64,000 nucleotides of DNA from Candidatus Parcubacteria bacterium. Lineage in GTDB: Bacteria > Patescibacteriota > Microgenomatia > UBA12405. Location of the stretch: the NCBI GenBank assembly GCA_023396915.1, contig JAEWUV010000002.1:86087-150086 (forward strand), written 5' to 3'. A model generated the notes under the pieces. It was not told the DNA's origin, made no database searches, and was given only the letters and a program-made list of their open reading frames with translations. A program made the translations under genes and the position numbers. Positions 46,997 to 56,664 of this stretch are shown here, one piece after another (positions within the stretch are counted from its first letter, which is position 1; the number at the start of each line of letters is the position of its first letter).

Positions 46997-47764
46997 TTGA
47001 GTAAAAGAGAATGCTATACTGGGGTTAATATGATTCAATTTAACCAAGCTAAAGATAGAATAATTATTCCGGTAGATACCAGTGATTTGGATTCTGCAAT
47101 TGAAAAAGTAAAGTTGCTTAAACCATATGTAGGGATGTTTAAATTTGGTTTGGAATTGTTAAATACTATGTTGGCGGGAGTCGTCTCTGGCGATGAAAGT
47201 GTGGCAGAAAAAGTGAAAACTTTGTTTAAAGAGACTGAAGGACAATTATTTTGGGATGGAAAATGGGATGATATCCCCAATACTGTGGGAAAAGCATCGG
47301 CGGCGGCAAAGATGGTTAACCCAAAGATGGTTGATGTCCATGTTTCATCTGGTGCCGGGGCAATAACCGAAGCAGTCAATGCTAACCCAGATACGATTGT
47401 TTTGGGAGTAACTGTGTTAACTAGTATTACCGACGAGGAAAGTATGGTTATTTTTGGAAAAAACGCCAAAGAGAAAGTAGTAGATTTTGCCAAAATGGCA
47501 ATAGCGGCTGGAGCTAAAGGAGTTGTTTGTTCACCACAAGAGTTGGCTTTGTTGTCAGAATTTCCTGACTTAATTAAAGTAACCCCAGGAGTTAGACCTG
47601 AATGGGCGGCAGTTAATGACCAAAAAAGAGTCATGACTCCGTCAGAAGCGGTAAAGAGCGGGGCTGATTATTTAGTTATCGGCAGACCAATTACCGAGTA
47701 TCCGGACGAACAAGGCGGACCGGTGGCAGGAGCTAAAAAGGTTGCCGAAGAAATAGGAGAATAA
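46997..47764 (+). CDS. pyrF: Orotidine 5'-phosphate decarboxylase
   Basis: LFWDGKWDDIPNTV (the Asp-Lys-Asp active-site block) and VDVHVSSG match the OMP decarboxylase consensus. Confidence 0.7.
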   Translation: MSKRECYTGVNMIQFNQAKDRIIIPVDTSDLDSAIEKVKLLKPYVGMFKFGLELLNTMLAGVVSGDESVAEKVKTLFKETEGQLFWDGKWDDIPNTVGKASAAAKMVNPKMVDVHVSSGAGAITEAVNANPDTIVLGVTVLTSITDEESMVIFGKNAKEKVVDFAKMAIAAGAKGVVCSPQELALLSEFPDLIKVTPGVRPEWAAVNDQKRVMTPSEAVKSGADYLVIGRPITEYPDEQGGPVAGAKKVAEEIGE

Positions 47765-47766
47765 AT

Positions 47767-48456
47767 ATGACAGATGCATATCAAATATTAAAAGACTGCG
47801 ATGCTTTGTACGAATCACCAAAGGATGAGGATGGAAAATATTTAGGACCATTAGTAGCGTATGCCGGGTTGGATGAAAAGGGAAGAAATTTTGTCGGTTT
47901 TCATTATGTAAATATTGCCCAAGCAGAGCAAGATTATTTATCTCGGATTGAATTATCAAAAATGATGGCAGAAAAAATTACCCAAGTTGTGGGTAAACCA
48001 GACAGGTTAATTGCCGCTCCGATGGGAGGAATTATTTTTTCGGCTAGTACGGCAAATGTTTTGGAAACTAAAGTATCTTTTTTTGAAAAGAAATTTATCA
48101 GATTAAATGACCCAGAGAAAAATATTAGAGAGGAGTATGAATTAGTTTATAAAAGACATAATTTAAATCCGGGTGAAAAGGTAATTATTTTTGAAGATTT
48201 ATGTAATAATTTTTCGACAACTCAAAAAATGATTGAGATGTTGAAAGAAATGGGAGCTGAAGTGGTAGGAATTGCCTGTATTTTTAACCGATCAGATAAG
48301 GAAGAATTTATGGGGATACCAGTAATAGCAGTAATGCACACACCGATTCCTGAATACAGACAGGATGATCCAGTAGTCAAAGATATGTTGGAAGCTGGAA
48401 ATATCGTACTATCAGCCAAAAAAGAATGGGCACGACTTAAAGCAGCGATGAAATAA
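47767..48456 (+). CDS. pyrE: Orotate phosphoribosyltransferase-like type I PRTase
   Basis: PRPP-binding motif VIIFEDLCNNFSTT. Immediately follows pyrF with a 2-nt gap. Confidence 0.55.
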   Translation: MTDAYQILKDCDALYESPKDEDGKYLGPLVAYAGLDEKGRNFVGFHYVNIAQAEQDYLSRIELSKMMAEKITQVVGKPDRLIAAPMGGIIFSASTANVLETKVSFFEKKFIRLNDPEKNIREEYELVYKRHNLNPGEKVIIFEDLCNNFSTTQKMIEMLKEMGAEVVGIACIFNRSDKEEFMGIPVIAVMHTPIPEYRQDDPVVKDMLEAGNIVLSAKKEWARLKAAMK

Positions 48457-48469
48457 ATTTAGATTAAAT

Positions 48470-49231
48470 TTATTTTTTCTTGATTATCGGTTGAATATTT
48501 TTACCAAAACCCTCAAGAGCTTTTAGGGCTTCGATGGGTACCATGTAAACGACAGTGTTTGACTGATCAGAAGACATATCGTTTATGGATTGAAGAGTAC
48601 GGAGATGTAAAGCACCCGGAGTACTGCTAAGTTGTTTGGCGGCTTTGGAAATATTTTGAGAAGCGGCCAATTCCCCTTCGGAGTTGATAATAACGGCCCG
48701 TTTTTCCCGTTCGGCTTCGGCTTGCTTACCAATGGTCCGTTCCATTTCCGGAGGTAAACTAACGTCTTTGAGCTCGACATTATTAACTTTTAAACCCCAT
48801 TCATCAGTTTCTTTGTCAACAATTTCCCGGATTCTTTCGGCAATTTTATCACGACTGGAAAGAAGCTCATCTAAGGTAACTTCACCAACAATATTACGCA
48901 TGGTGGTTTGGGCGTATTGAGAAATGGCGTAGCGGAAGTCTTCAACTTCAATAACGGCTTTGGAAACGTCACTGACTTTGTAGTATATAACAGCGTTAAC
49001 TTTGACGGAAACATTGTCGCGAGTAATGGCATTTTGATCAGGGACATCAACAGCTTTGACCCGAACATCGACTTTTTGGCAACTTTGAAAAATTGGGAAA
49101 ATTAAACGCCAACCAGGTTCTAGGATTGAACTAAACTTTCCTAGGGTAAACTTGACTCCCCTTTCGTATTGATTAATTTGACGAATAGAAATAAGAAGGA
49201 TGAAAGCAATAAAAGGTAAAAGTCCCCACAT
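48470..49231 (-). CDS. SPFH/Band-7 (stomatin-like) membrane protein
   Basis: N-terminal TM helix then the SPFH domain (YERGVKFTLGKF...VDVRV...DNVSVKVNAVIYYKV). Confidence 0.8.
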   Translation of the reverse strand: MWGLLPFIAFILLISIRQINQYERGVKFTLGKFSSILEPGWRLIFPIFQSCQKVDVRVKAVDVPDQNAITRDNVSVKVNAVIYYKVSDVSKAVIEVEDFRYAISQYAQTTMRNIVGEVTLDELLSSRDKIAERIREIVDKETDEWGLKVNNVELKDVSLPPEMERTIGKQAEAEREKRAVIINSEGELAASQNISKAAKQLSSTPGALHLRTLQSINDMSSDQSNTVVYMVPIEALKALEGFGKNIQPIIKKK

Positions 49232-49276
49232 AATTTTTTAATAAACTAATATAGTTTGATTATAGACCTAAACGAG

Positions 49277-49885
49277 TTATTTGTTCAAAAAATAGTCAAT
49301 CTGATTTCTAGGAATACCAATTTTGAAAAGACGATCTTTTATTTCTGCTTGTGAAAGGTTTTGATTGGTCCATTGTTTTTTGACTTGAGCGATAAATTCT
49401 CGGTATTCATGAGGGAAGAGTACCCATGAGGTGGTGGAAAAAGCATAAAAATCGGGGGTGAATTTTGATCGGGGTTTGTAACAAACTGAAGCGGTAGAAA
49501 TTTTTTTAGCGCCGAGAAGTTCAAGATATTCTTTGGCCTTGAGAATAGTTTCTCCGGAATCGATAACATCATCAAAAATTAAAATATTTTCGTCTTCGAT
49601 TGAGTCACTTAGAGGTTGAGTGATTTTGATTTTGCCACATTCGTTAATATTGCTATAAGAAACAAGTCTGGTTGAAGAAAGATTAGGAACATCTAAAAGA
49701 TCGACCATGGTTCTGGCCCAAGTCCAACCACCTTTGGCAAGAGCAACTACACGATCGAATTTTCTGCCAGAATCAACAATCTCTTTGCCTAGTAAAAAAA
49801 TGAGCTCACCCATTTGTTCCCAATTAGGAGCCACGTAACTAATACCGTCAAATTTTGTTTCTTTTAAGTTTAAAGGGTCTTTCAT
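49277..49885 (-). CDS. Type I phosphoribosyltransferase (purine PRTase-like)
   Basis: PRPP-binding loop ILIFDDVIDSGETI. Paralog of 53249..53866. Confidence 0.6.
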   Translation of the reverse strand: MKDPLNLKETKFDGISYVAPNWEQMGELIFLLGKEIVDSGRKFDRVVALAKGGWTWARTMVDLLDVPNLSSTRLVSYSNINECGKIKITQPLSDSIEDENILIFDDVIDSGETILKAKEYLELLGAKKISTASVCYKPRSKFTPDFYAFSTTSWVLFPHEYREFIAQVKKQWTNQNLSQAEIKDRLFKIGIPRNQIDYFLNK

Positions 49886-50024
49886 TCTTTATTATACTTA
49901 AAGTTAGGGGAAAATTAAATGAGGGAAAAATAACAAAATCCCTTTCCGCTTCGCGGCTTTTCCCTTTGACAAAAGGGGAACTTTAAAAAACGGAAAAGTT
50001 TTAATATTTAGAGTAAAATTCGGT

Positions 50025-50267
50025 ATGAAAGAACTAAAAATCGGTGGAGTTTATAAACATTATAAAGGCACAAAAGTTAAAGTATTGGGGCAAGCTTTAC
50101 ATAGTGAAACCATGGAGCCAATGGTGATTTATCTTCATTTGGAAGATGGGGTTATTTGGGTAAGACCGAAGAAAATGTTTTTAGAGACGATAACCCTAGA
50201 TAGAAAAAGAGTAAAAAGGTTTAAACTAATTAACCAAAAAATGTTGGTTAAACCAAATAAACATTAA
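50025..50267 (+). CDS. DUF1653-family protein
   Basis: GGVYKHYKGTKVKVLG...VIYLHLEDGVIWVRP matches the DUF1653 signature (RHYKG...W.RP). Confidence 0.6.
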   Translation: MKELKIGGVYKHYKGTKVKVLGQALHSETMEPMVIYLHLEDGVIWVRPKKMFLETITLDRKRVKRFKLINQKMLVKPNKH

Positions 50268-50539
50268 AGATTGAGTAGGGTCAGGACTTTGAAGAGTAGA
50301 AATGCCGGCCAGAAAATAGATTTGAATATGCCAACAATAACGGCGGTAAAAGTGGTGGCACCTTGGAGGAAATAAAATAGGGCTCCAAAAATTCCTAAAC
50401 CATAAATAGCCGAAGAGTCTTTGCCATGATGGCAATCGCAACCATGTTTATGGTGGTGTTTACCATGACTAAAAATTTCTTCTGAGCAACAAGTTTCTTT
50501 TTTGTTTAGTTTTTCTTTTATCATGAATAATTTTAACAT
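50264..50539 (-). CDS. Small membrane protein with a His/Cys-rich N-terminal metal-binding-like segment
   Basis: CCSEEIFSHGKHHHKHGCDCHHGKD followed by two TM helices. Its start overlaps the glmS stop. Confidence 0.35.
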   Translation of the reverse strand: MLKLFMIKEKLNKKETCCSEEIFSHGKHHHKHGCDCHHGKDSSAIYGLGIFGALFYFLQGATTFTAVIVGIFKSIFWPAFLLFKVLTLLNL

Positions 50540-52276
50540 TTATTTAACGGTAACACTTTTGGCGAGATTCCTGGGTTTATCCGGATCTAGTCCCTTGTGT
50601 TGGCTAAGATAATAAGCTAAAAGTTGGGCAGTAATAACAGTAGAAATAGCGGTAGAAATACCCAGATCGGCAACGGTTAATTGATCATCAAAAACAGAAT
50701 TCTTTTTTGGAGAAATACCAATTACCCAAGCCCCACGAGATTTGACTTCGGTAGCACTGGAAACAATATCGTCAAAATGTTCGTCATTGGGAGCAATAAC
50801 AATACACGGAGTGCCTGACTCGATTAGGGCAATCGGGCCGTGTTTTAATTCACTAGCAAAAACACTTTCGGAGTGAATATAGGAAACCTCTTTAATTTTG
50901 AGAGAAGTTTCGTGACCAATGGGTAAAAAGTTGCCCCGGCTAATCACAAAAATATGTTCTTTTTGGGAAAGTTTTTTGGCTAAATTATTAATTTTTTGTT
51001 GATATTGATCAGCAAAAATATTTTTAATATCATGAACCAGTGGCGTTAAACCTTCTCCTAAAGCCTTCAAAAATAGAGCAATTTGGGCAGTAAATGTTTT
51101 GGTAGAAAGAACACATTTTTCCGGCCCACAAGGCAAGATTTGGCAAATGTCAGCTAGGCGATGAAGAGTTGAGTATGGAGTATTAATAATGGAGGCAATA
51201 GTAACTTTTTTCTTTTTAACTGAGTTAACTAAGTTGATAACATCAATGGTTTCCCCAGACTGAGAAAAAACTACCAATAAACTTTTTTTGGTTAAAAATT
51301 GGTCGTAAGGATTAATCTCGGAAGCGGAAAAAGAAAAAACAGGTTTGTTAATTTTTTCACTTACTAGAAGCGCATTAAAATAGGCAGCAAAATAAGAAGA
51401 GCCACAGCCGGCAAAAAAGACATGGTCAGCTTTTTTGGCTTTTTTGATAATTTGATTAACAGCGCTGTTAAGATTTTCCTGTTGGATTCTGTTAATAATA
51501 TCTAATTGTTGGTGTATTTCTTTGCTTAAGTAATTAGGATAACCATCAAGTCCGGTACCATTTTGAGATGAGGAGATAGTTTTAATATCATATTTGATCA
51601 GCTTATTTTTTTGAATATCAAAAAGTTTGACAGACTCTGGTGAGATCACAGCCATTTGGTTATCTTCTAAAAAGATAAATTTATCTGTAAGATCAGCTAA
51701 AGCATTCATGTCAGAAGCAATGAAATTTTCTTTGTCACCAAAACCAACAACCAAAGGAGAACCATTTTTGGCAACAATTAACTGATTATCATCATGTTTG
51801 ATAACAGCGATAGCATTTAGACCCTGAAGATCTAAAAATGCCAATCTGACAGACTCCTTAAAATCATTTTTTTTGTTATATTCCTCAACTAACTGGACAA
51901 TAACCTCACTATCGGTTTCAGTAATAAATTTATGGCCTTGGTTTTTTAATTGACTTTTAAGCTGTTGATAATTTTCGACGATACCGTTGTGAACCAAAGC
52001 AATCTTTTTATCAGAGCTAAAATGAGGATGGCAATTACAAAGCGTTATACCACCGTGGGTAGCCCATCGAGTATGACCAATAGAAATAGAAGATTCCGGG
52101 ATATTTTGGGGTTTGCCGGTAATTTTGCCTAAATGTTTTTCGTTAATTAAACTTTTGGGGGTATCAACAACTATACCCCAACTATCGTAACCCCGATATT
52201 CAAGGCTTTTAAGACCATTAAAAACTAAATTACTATTATGTTTTCGTAAACCAGTGAAACCAAAAATTCCGCACAT
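50540..52276 (-). CDS. glmS: Glutamine--fructose-6-phosphate aminotransferase (isomerising)
   Basis: MCGIFGF N-terminal nucleophile. Two SIS domains. Strong AAGGAG Shine-Dalgarno sequence 5 nt upstream of the ATG. Confidence 0.9.
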   Translation of the reverse strand: MCGIFGFTGLRKHNSNLVFNGLKSLEYRGYDSWGIVVDTPKSLINEKHLGKITGKPQNIPESSISIGHTRWATHGGITLCNCHPHFSSDKKIALVHNGIVENYQQLKSQLKNQGHKFITETDSEVIVQLVEEYNKKNDFKESVRLAFLDLQGLNAIAVIKHDDNQLIVAKNGSPLVVGFGDKENFIASDMNALADLTDKFIFLEDNQMAVISPESVKLFDIQKNKLIKYDIKTISSSQNGTGLDGYPNYLSKEIHQQLDIINRIQQENLNSAVNQIIKKAKKADHVFFAGCGSSYFAAYFNALLVSEKINKPVFSFSASEINPYDQFLTKKSLLVVFSQSGETIDVINLVNSVKKKKVTIASIINTPYSTLHRLADICQILPCGPEKCVLSTKTFTAQIALFLKALGEGLTPLVHDIKNIFADQYQQKINNLAKKLSQKEHIFVISRGNFLPIGHETSLKIKEVSYIHSESVFASELKHGPIALIESGTPCIVIAPNDEHFDDIVSSATEVKSRGAWVIGISPKKNSVFDDQLTVADLGISTAISTVITAQLLAYYLSQHKGLDPDKPRNLAKSVTVK

Positions 52277-52535
52277 AAAAACTCCTTTTAGGACTATAAG
52301 CCCTTAATGAACTTTTAAATGGGATGGTCATCAGAGCAAATTTTTCTTTTCAAAAAATTTTTTAGGTTGTCTGATACAACCTGAGGGTACCCGCAGATGG
52401 TTCGAATTCCCCCTTCCTCGTATCCCCGACTTGTCGGGGCCACACGCTTATATTGTTAATAAAGACAACATCCTTAAACAAGTGTATCAAAATAGCAAAA
52501 TTAAGTCTAATTAAGGTGGTAAAATTGCCTATCCA

Positions 52536-53252
52536 ATGAAAGATAATTTTTTAGAACAAATACTAAAATCAATTAAAATAACCGGCAGTTATATTCAAAT
52601 TGATGAATTAAAATTCCGAGTTAAAAAAATGGTGGGACAAGGCTATCATAAGCAGGTTTTTGAAATTGATGACGGAGAGAATAATAAGGTAATTAAAATT
52701 ATAAGAAAAGAGGCTGAAAAAATAGAAAGTGCATTGCTGTCTTTTCAACAGGCAATTGAAAACCAAAAAATATTAGATGACTTTGGGGTAAATTATGCCA
52801 AGATTGTTAGCTTTGATAAAAAAGGGCCGCCGTATCGTTTTTTAATACAAGAAAAAATTGCTGAAAATGGTATTAGCGCGGTTGAATTAATTAAGAAAAA
52901 GTTATTAAAGGAAAATGATATTTCTCAGATGGCAAAAGTAATTAATAAATTGGAAATTGGGAGAAAATGGCAAATAGATACCAGTCCGTTTAATTGGTTT
53001 AGAGTGAAAGACAAAATGATTTATACCGGGGGGTCAGTTTATGAGTATGATGAAAATTGGAGTTTTAAAAAAGTTGGTTTATGGCAATGGTTAAATTTGG
53101 AATTTATAGCCAAGACAAATAAACAGGCAACTAAAATTCCATCAAAGTTCGATTCACAAAAGTTGTCTAAGGAATGGGTAAATTTAGAAACAAAAGAAGT
53201 AAAATGGTGGAAGAAATATTTGAACTCTACTATTCAGCCTAAAGGAAATTAA
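52536..53252 (+). CDS. Hypothetical protein, possibly with a kinase-like fold
   Basis: A Gly-rich loop VGQGYHKQVF followed by VIKII resembles a protein-kinase ATP-binding lobe. Weak evidence. Confidence 0.25.
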   Translation: MKDNFLEQILKSIKITGSYIQIDELKFRVKKMVGQGYHKQVFEIDDGENNKVIKIIRKEAEKIESALLSFQQAIENQKILDDFGVNYAKIVSFDKKGPPYRFLIQEKIAENGISAVELIKKKLLKENDISQMAKVINKLEIGRKWQIDTSPFNWFRVKDKMIYTGGSVYEYDENWSFKKVGLWQWLNLEFIAKTNKQATKIPSKFDSQKLSKEWVNLETKEVKWWKKYLNSTIQPKGN

Positions 53253-53866
53253 GGAGTTGTTAAGTATTTATCTATATACCAACTTGGTAAGCCGATATCT
53301 GACAGACGTTGTTGATATTCTTTGTAAGGAATACCGGTCTTATGCCATTTTTTGGTAACATCTTTGATGAATTCAGCTCTTTCACCAGGAAAAACTATCC
53401 AAGCATTATCGGGAATTTCTTGGGCAAAATAGTCGGGTTTTAGGGTTGATTTTCTTTTGGTATAAATAGTGGCAATATCAACACTACGGGCGCCAAGAGA
53501 AAGTAAATATTCTTTTGATTTTACAAGTGTAGTGCCACTATCGGCAATATCGTCTAAGACAAGAACTGACTCCCCTTCTATTGGATCAGTCAGAGGTTTG
53601 GTAATTCTGGCCTCGCCTCTTTCTCCGACCCCACTGTAAGAGGCAATGGTGGTACCGGAAAATTTTGATATGCCGGTACAATCAAGAACTTGTCGGGCGA
53701 AAGCTAATCCACCCCGAGGGAGATAAATTAGCCGATCATAAACTTTGCCTGAATCTTTGATTTGTTGAGATAAATCAAAAGCCAATTTCCCTATAAAATT
53801 TTCATTCGGAGCGATGTAAGTACAACCATCAATAGTTACTTTTTGAGGAGCTAGTATTAAATCCAC
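53249..53866 (-). CDS. Type I phosphoribosyltransferase (paralog of 49277..49885)
   Basis: PRPP loop VLVLDDIADSGTTL. Collinear similarity to the other PRTase. Confidence 0.6.
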   Translation of the reverse strand: MDLILAPQKVTIDGCTYIAPNENFIGKLAFDLSQQIKDSGKVYDRLIYLPRGGLAFARQVLDCTGISKFSGTTIASYSGVGERGEARITKPLTDPIEGESVLVLDDIADSGTTLVKSKEYLLSLGARSVDIATIYTKRKSTLKPDYFAQEIPDNAWIVFPGERAEFIKDVTKKWHKTGIPYKEYQQRLSDIGLPSWYIDKYLTTP

Positions 53867-53889
53867 TTGAGTTAATTAAAAATTAAAAT

Positions 53890-54561
53890 TTATCGGTTGA
53901 ATAGATTTACTAACCAACCAAATAAACCGTTAATTTTATTCTCTTGATTTATTTTTTCTTCCAAAGAAGTATTTTGATAGGTTAATAAATCAATAGTTGC
54001 TTGAATTTGATTTAAATCCCCTGAATTTTTGGTTTGAGTTTTTAACTCTTCAAGTTGTTGAATTAAAAGCCTGTTTTGCTCTCTTTGTTGCTCCATTTCT
54101 TTGACAGCTTTTTTGTCCGAACCGACAAAAAACTTAGAAACAGCACTTTGGGAGGCTAGTTGAGAAAGATTTAATTTAATGTGATCTTGAATTTTTTCCT
54201 GATTTTGGGCGATATCACGAACTTGTTGGCCAATACCACCTTTGGCACCAACAGTATCAATCAATTGATGAACCTGATCAGAGACTTTTTGAAAACTATC
54301 ATCAAGATTTTGATTAAGTTGCTCACTTTCTTGGGTTTGGACAGAAAGTTGTTGTTCCTCGCCGGCATTTTTGGTTTGAACTTGATTTTGGTTTTTAACT
54401 TGATTACCCGTGGGAGTGATTGTTTGAGTTTGAGTACGGGTTTGGGTGGTGGTAACACTGTTTGTTTTGTTTGCTTGTTGAGGCGGATTATCAGAATTCT
54501 TGGCAAAGGCAGGGGTAGTAAAAATTAACAATAAAAAAGAGATAACTAAATAAACTTTCAT
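53890..54561 (-). CDS. Secreted Gln-rich coiled-coil protein
   Basis: Signal peptide MKVYLVISFLLLIFTTPAFA. Q/T-rich repeats and heptad-like segments. Confidence 0.35.
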   Translation of the reverse strand: MKVYLVISFLLLIFTTPAFAKNSDNPPQQANKTNSVTTTQTRTQTQTITPTGNQVKNQNQVQTKNAGEEQQLSVQTQESEQLNQNLDDSFQKVSDQVHQLIDTVGAKGGIGQQVRDIAQNQEKIQDHIKLNLSQLASQSAVSKFFVGSDKKAVKEMEQQREQNRLLIQQLEELKTQTKNSGDLNQIQATIDLLTYQNTSLEEKINQENKINGLFGWLVNLFNR

Positions 54562-54612
54562 CCTTGTTTAAACGAATAAGTCTTTAAGTGTATGATTTTT
54601 TGGGCACTAAAG

Positions 54613-56091
54613 TCAAATTTGAATAGTTTTGGTAGGAGAAATCCGGTCAAGAAAATAGCGATCATGAGAAGTAATTAAAAGAGTACCGGGATAAGAAATT
54701 AGAGCTAATTCGAGAGCTTCACGCGAAGGAATATCTAGATAATTTGTTGGCTCGTCAAGAATAATAAAATTAGCACCAGAGGCCATAATAGTAATTAAAG
54801 ATAATTTTGATTTTTGGCCACTGCTTAATTTGTTAACTTCGGTAGCCAGGTCATCTTCGGTAAAAAGAAATCTTTTGGCTAAACGATAAGCGCTGGTACG
54901 ATCAATTTTTGATTGAGTTATTAAATAATCTAATAAACTTGAGGAAAAATTAATTTGGTGGTGTTCTTGGGGTAAATAACCAATATCAACATGGTTACCA
55001 ATCTGGACGTTACCTTTGTCAGGTTTTATTTGACCTAAAATAGTTTTGATAAGAGTTGATTTACCGGAACCATTGGAGCCAGCAAAAGCAATTCGGTCAT
55101 GACGATTAATAACCAAAGAAAAATTTTTAATAATGTCTTGATGGTTAAAGCCGACTGAAATGTTGTCTAAATAAACGACGGCTTGACTACTTTCTTGTTT
55201 GGGTTGAAAAATAACTGATAATTCAGGAATAGATTGGGGTTTTTCGACCCCTGATTCATTTAATTCTTTGGTCAACATTTTTTCGGTAGATTTAGCCCGA
55301 GAGGCGGAGGCAGCAGCTTGTTTGCGAATTTTAAAATCAGCGCCAGAAGTGTTTACTTCACGTTGCTGAGTTTTATTTTTGACAACTCGAATAAGCTCTT
55401 GAAGACGAGCCACTTTTTTCTCTTGAACTATAAAATTTCTTTGTTGAGAATCTAATTCAATTTGTTTTTGATGTTTGTAAAAAGAATAATTACCACCATA
55501 AGTTTTGACCTGGCCATTATCTAATTCAAAAATTGTAGTGGTAATATTGTCTAAAAATCGGCGATCATGAGAGACGACTAAAAAGGCACCTGGATAATTT
55601 TTAAGGTAATTTTCTAGCCATTGAATGGATTGAATATCTAAATGATTAGTGGGTTCATCGAGAAGTAAAATGTCGGGTTGTTGAATTAAAATTCTGGCTA
55701 AATAAACCTTAGTTTTTTGACCAGCAGAAAGTTGACCAAAAAGTTTAGTGGCAATATCCCCTATTTTTAGGTCATTAAGAGCAATATAAATTTGATAAAT
55801 TTCGGTTTCATCGAGTAATAAAGATTTAATTAAATTATCAATGACTGAAAGTTGATCATCAAAATCAGTAACCTGCGGAATAAAACCAACAGAAAAATTT
55901 TTGGGGACTTTGATAACTTGACCATGATCGGGAAATTCTTGAGCCGCCAGAATTTTTAGAAGAGTGGTTTTACCACTGCCGTTTTGGCCAATAAGACCGA
56001 TATGTTGGCCGTCAGTAATAGTGAAATTAATATCATTAAGAATAATTCGGTCAAAATATTCTTTGATAATAGAGTTTGATTGAAGTTGCAT
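54613..56091 (-). CDS. ABC-F family ATPase (two tandem ABC domains, no TM domain); start taken at the internal Met MQLQS
   Basis: Two Walker A motifs (GQNGSGKTT, GSNGSGKST) and two LSGGQ-like signatures (LSAGQK, LSSGQK). The longer ORF would read through a terminator hairpin. Confidence 0.7.
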   Translation of the reverse strand: MQLQSNSIIKEYFDRIILNDINFTITDGQHIGLIGQNGSGKTTLLKILAAQEFPDHGQVIKVPKNFSVGFIPQVTDFDDQLSVIDNLIKSLLLDETEIYQIYIALNDLKIGDIATKLFGQLSAGQKTKVYLARILIQQPDILLLDEPTNHLDIQSIQWLENYLKNYPGAFLVVSHDRRFLDNITTTIFELDNGQVKTYGGNYSFYKHQKQIELDSQQRNFIVQEKKVARLQELIRVVKNKTQQREVNTSGADFKIRKQAAASASRAKSTEKMLTKELNESGVEKPQSIPELSVIFQPKQESSQAVVYLDNISVGFNHQDIIKNFSLVINRHDRIAFAGSNGSGKSTLIKTILGQIKPDKGNVQIGNHVDIGYLPQEHHQINFSSSLLDYLITQSKIDRTSAYRLAKRFLFTEDDLATEVNKLSSGQKSKLSLITIMASGANFIILDEPTNYLDIPSREALELALISYPGTLLITSHDRYFLDRISPTKTIQI

Positions 56092-56114
56092 AAAAAAAGC
56101 CGGGTTTAACCGGC
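56092..56114 (-). terminator. Rho-independent terminator-like hairpin (GCCGG-TTAAAC-CCGGC followed by T7) directly abutting the ABC-F start
   Basis: 5-bp GC stem, 6-nt loop, and a run of 7 T on the minus strand. It lies downstream of the desulfoferrodoxin gene. Confidence 0.45.
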
Positions 56115-56230
56115 GTTTAGATTTAATGAAAAAATAATTAAAGCAAAACACCAGTTCTCCCAAAAAAAATGGGAGTAATTGGTTTGAGTGTTTTACATTA
56201 ACTTCACGAGATTATTATAGCAAAAATAGG

Positions 56231-56611
56231 TTATTTTGTTTGCCAGAGGCCGTGAACGTTGCAATAAGCTCGGGCGGAAACACTTTCAGCCATAATCGCA
56301 TCAAAAACGGCTTCCGGAGCGTCACCGGGCTTTAAGAATTTTTTATAGACTTTATCGTCGGCGGTTAATTCAATCCATTCAATATAATGAGCATCTTCCA
56401 TAGGATGTGGAATAGAACCAACCTTGACAGTGATTTTTCCTTCGGATTTTTCGATTACGGGAAGATGTTTTTCTTGGCCTTCGTCTTCACTTTTGGAATT
56501 CATTAATTCCATTGGCTGACCACAACAGACCAGTTGCCCGACTCCGGTATGTAAAACTTCAACGATATTGCCACAAATTGGACAGCGATAGATTTGGTGT
56601 TTTGTTGTCAT
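56231..56611 (-). CDS. dfx: Desulfoferrodoxin (2Fe superoxide reductase)
   Basis: Starting at MTTKHQ the product is 126 aa. N-terminal desulforedoxin motif CPICGN...CCG. C-terminal SOR centre [14 protein letters not shown]...CNVHGLW. Confidence 0.75.
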   Translation of the reverse strand: MTTKHQIYRCPICGNIVEVLHTGVGQLVCCGQPMELMNSKSEDEGQEKHLPVIEKSEGKITVKVGSIPHPMEDAHYIEWIELTADDKVYKKFLKPGDAPEAVFDAIMAESVSARAYCNVHGLWQTK

Positions 56612-56664
56612 AGACTCATTATGAACTAAATTAACTTCTAAGTCCAGAGAGGGGCAAATTGGTT

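Noticed and set aside
47035-47634. 199-aa minus-strand ORF antisense to pyrF
   Set aside because: Its low-complexity Thr/Ser/Ala composition is typical of an antisense shadow ORF, and the sense strand encodes a well-supported pyrF.
49931-49975. Hairpins CCGC-ttc-GCGG and CCCTTT-gaca-AAAGGG, with an embedded TTGACA, in the divergent region before the DUF1653 gene
   Set aside because: They share the TTGACA-containing flavour of the REP core, but a suitably spaced -10 box is lacking and the sequence is not a copy of the REP family. Possibly regulatory, but unsupported.
52277-52535. glmS ribozyme or a tRNA gene upstream of glmS
   Set aside because: The region lacks the conserved glmS ribozyme core. 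The GGTTCGAATTCC T-loop-like motif cannot be extended into a full cloverleaf: the T-stem, acceptor stem and anticodon arm all fail on both strands. It is kept only as a low-confidence structured-region finding.
54181-54528. Plus-strand ORFs (115 aa and 81 aa) inside the coiled-coil protein gene
   Set aside because: They fall within a Gln/Thr-rich repeat gene on the opposite strand, so they are an artefact of the repetitive codons.
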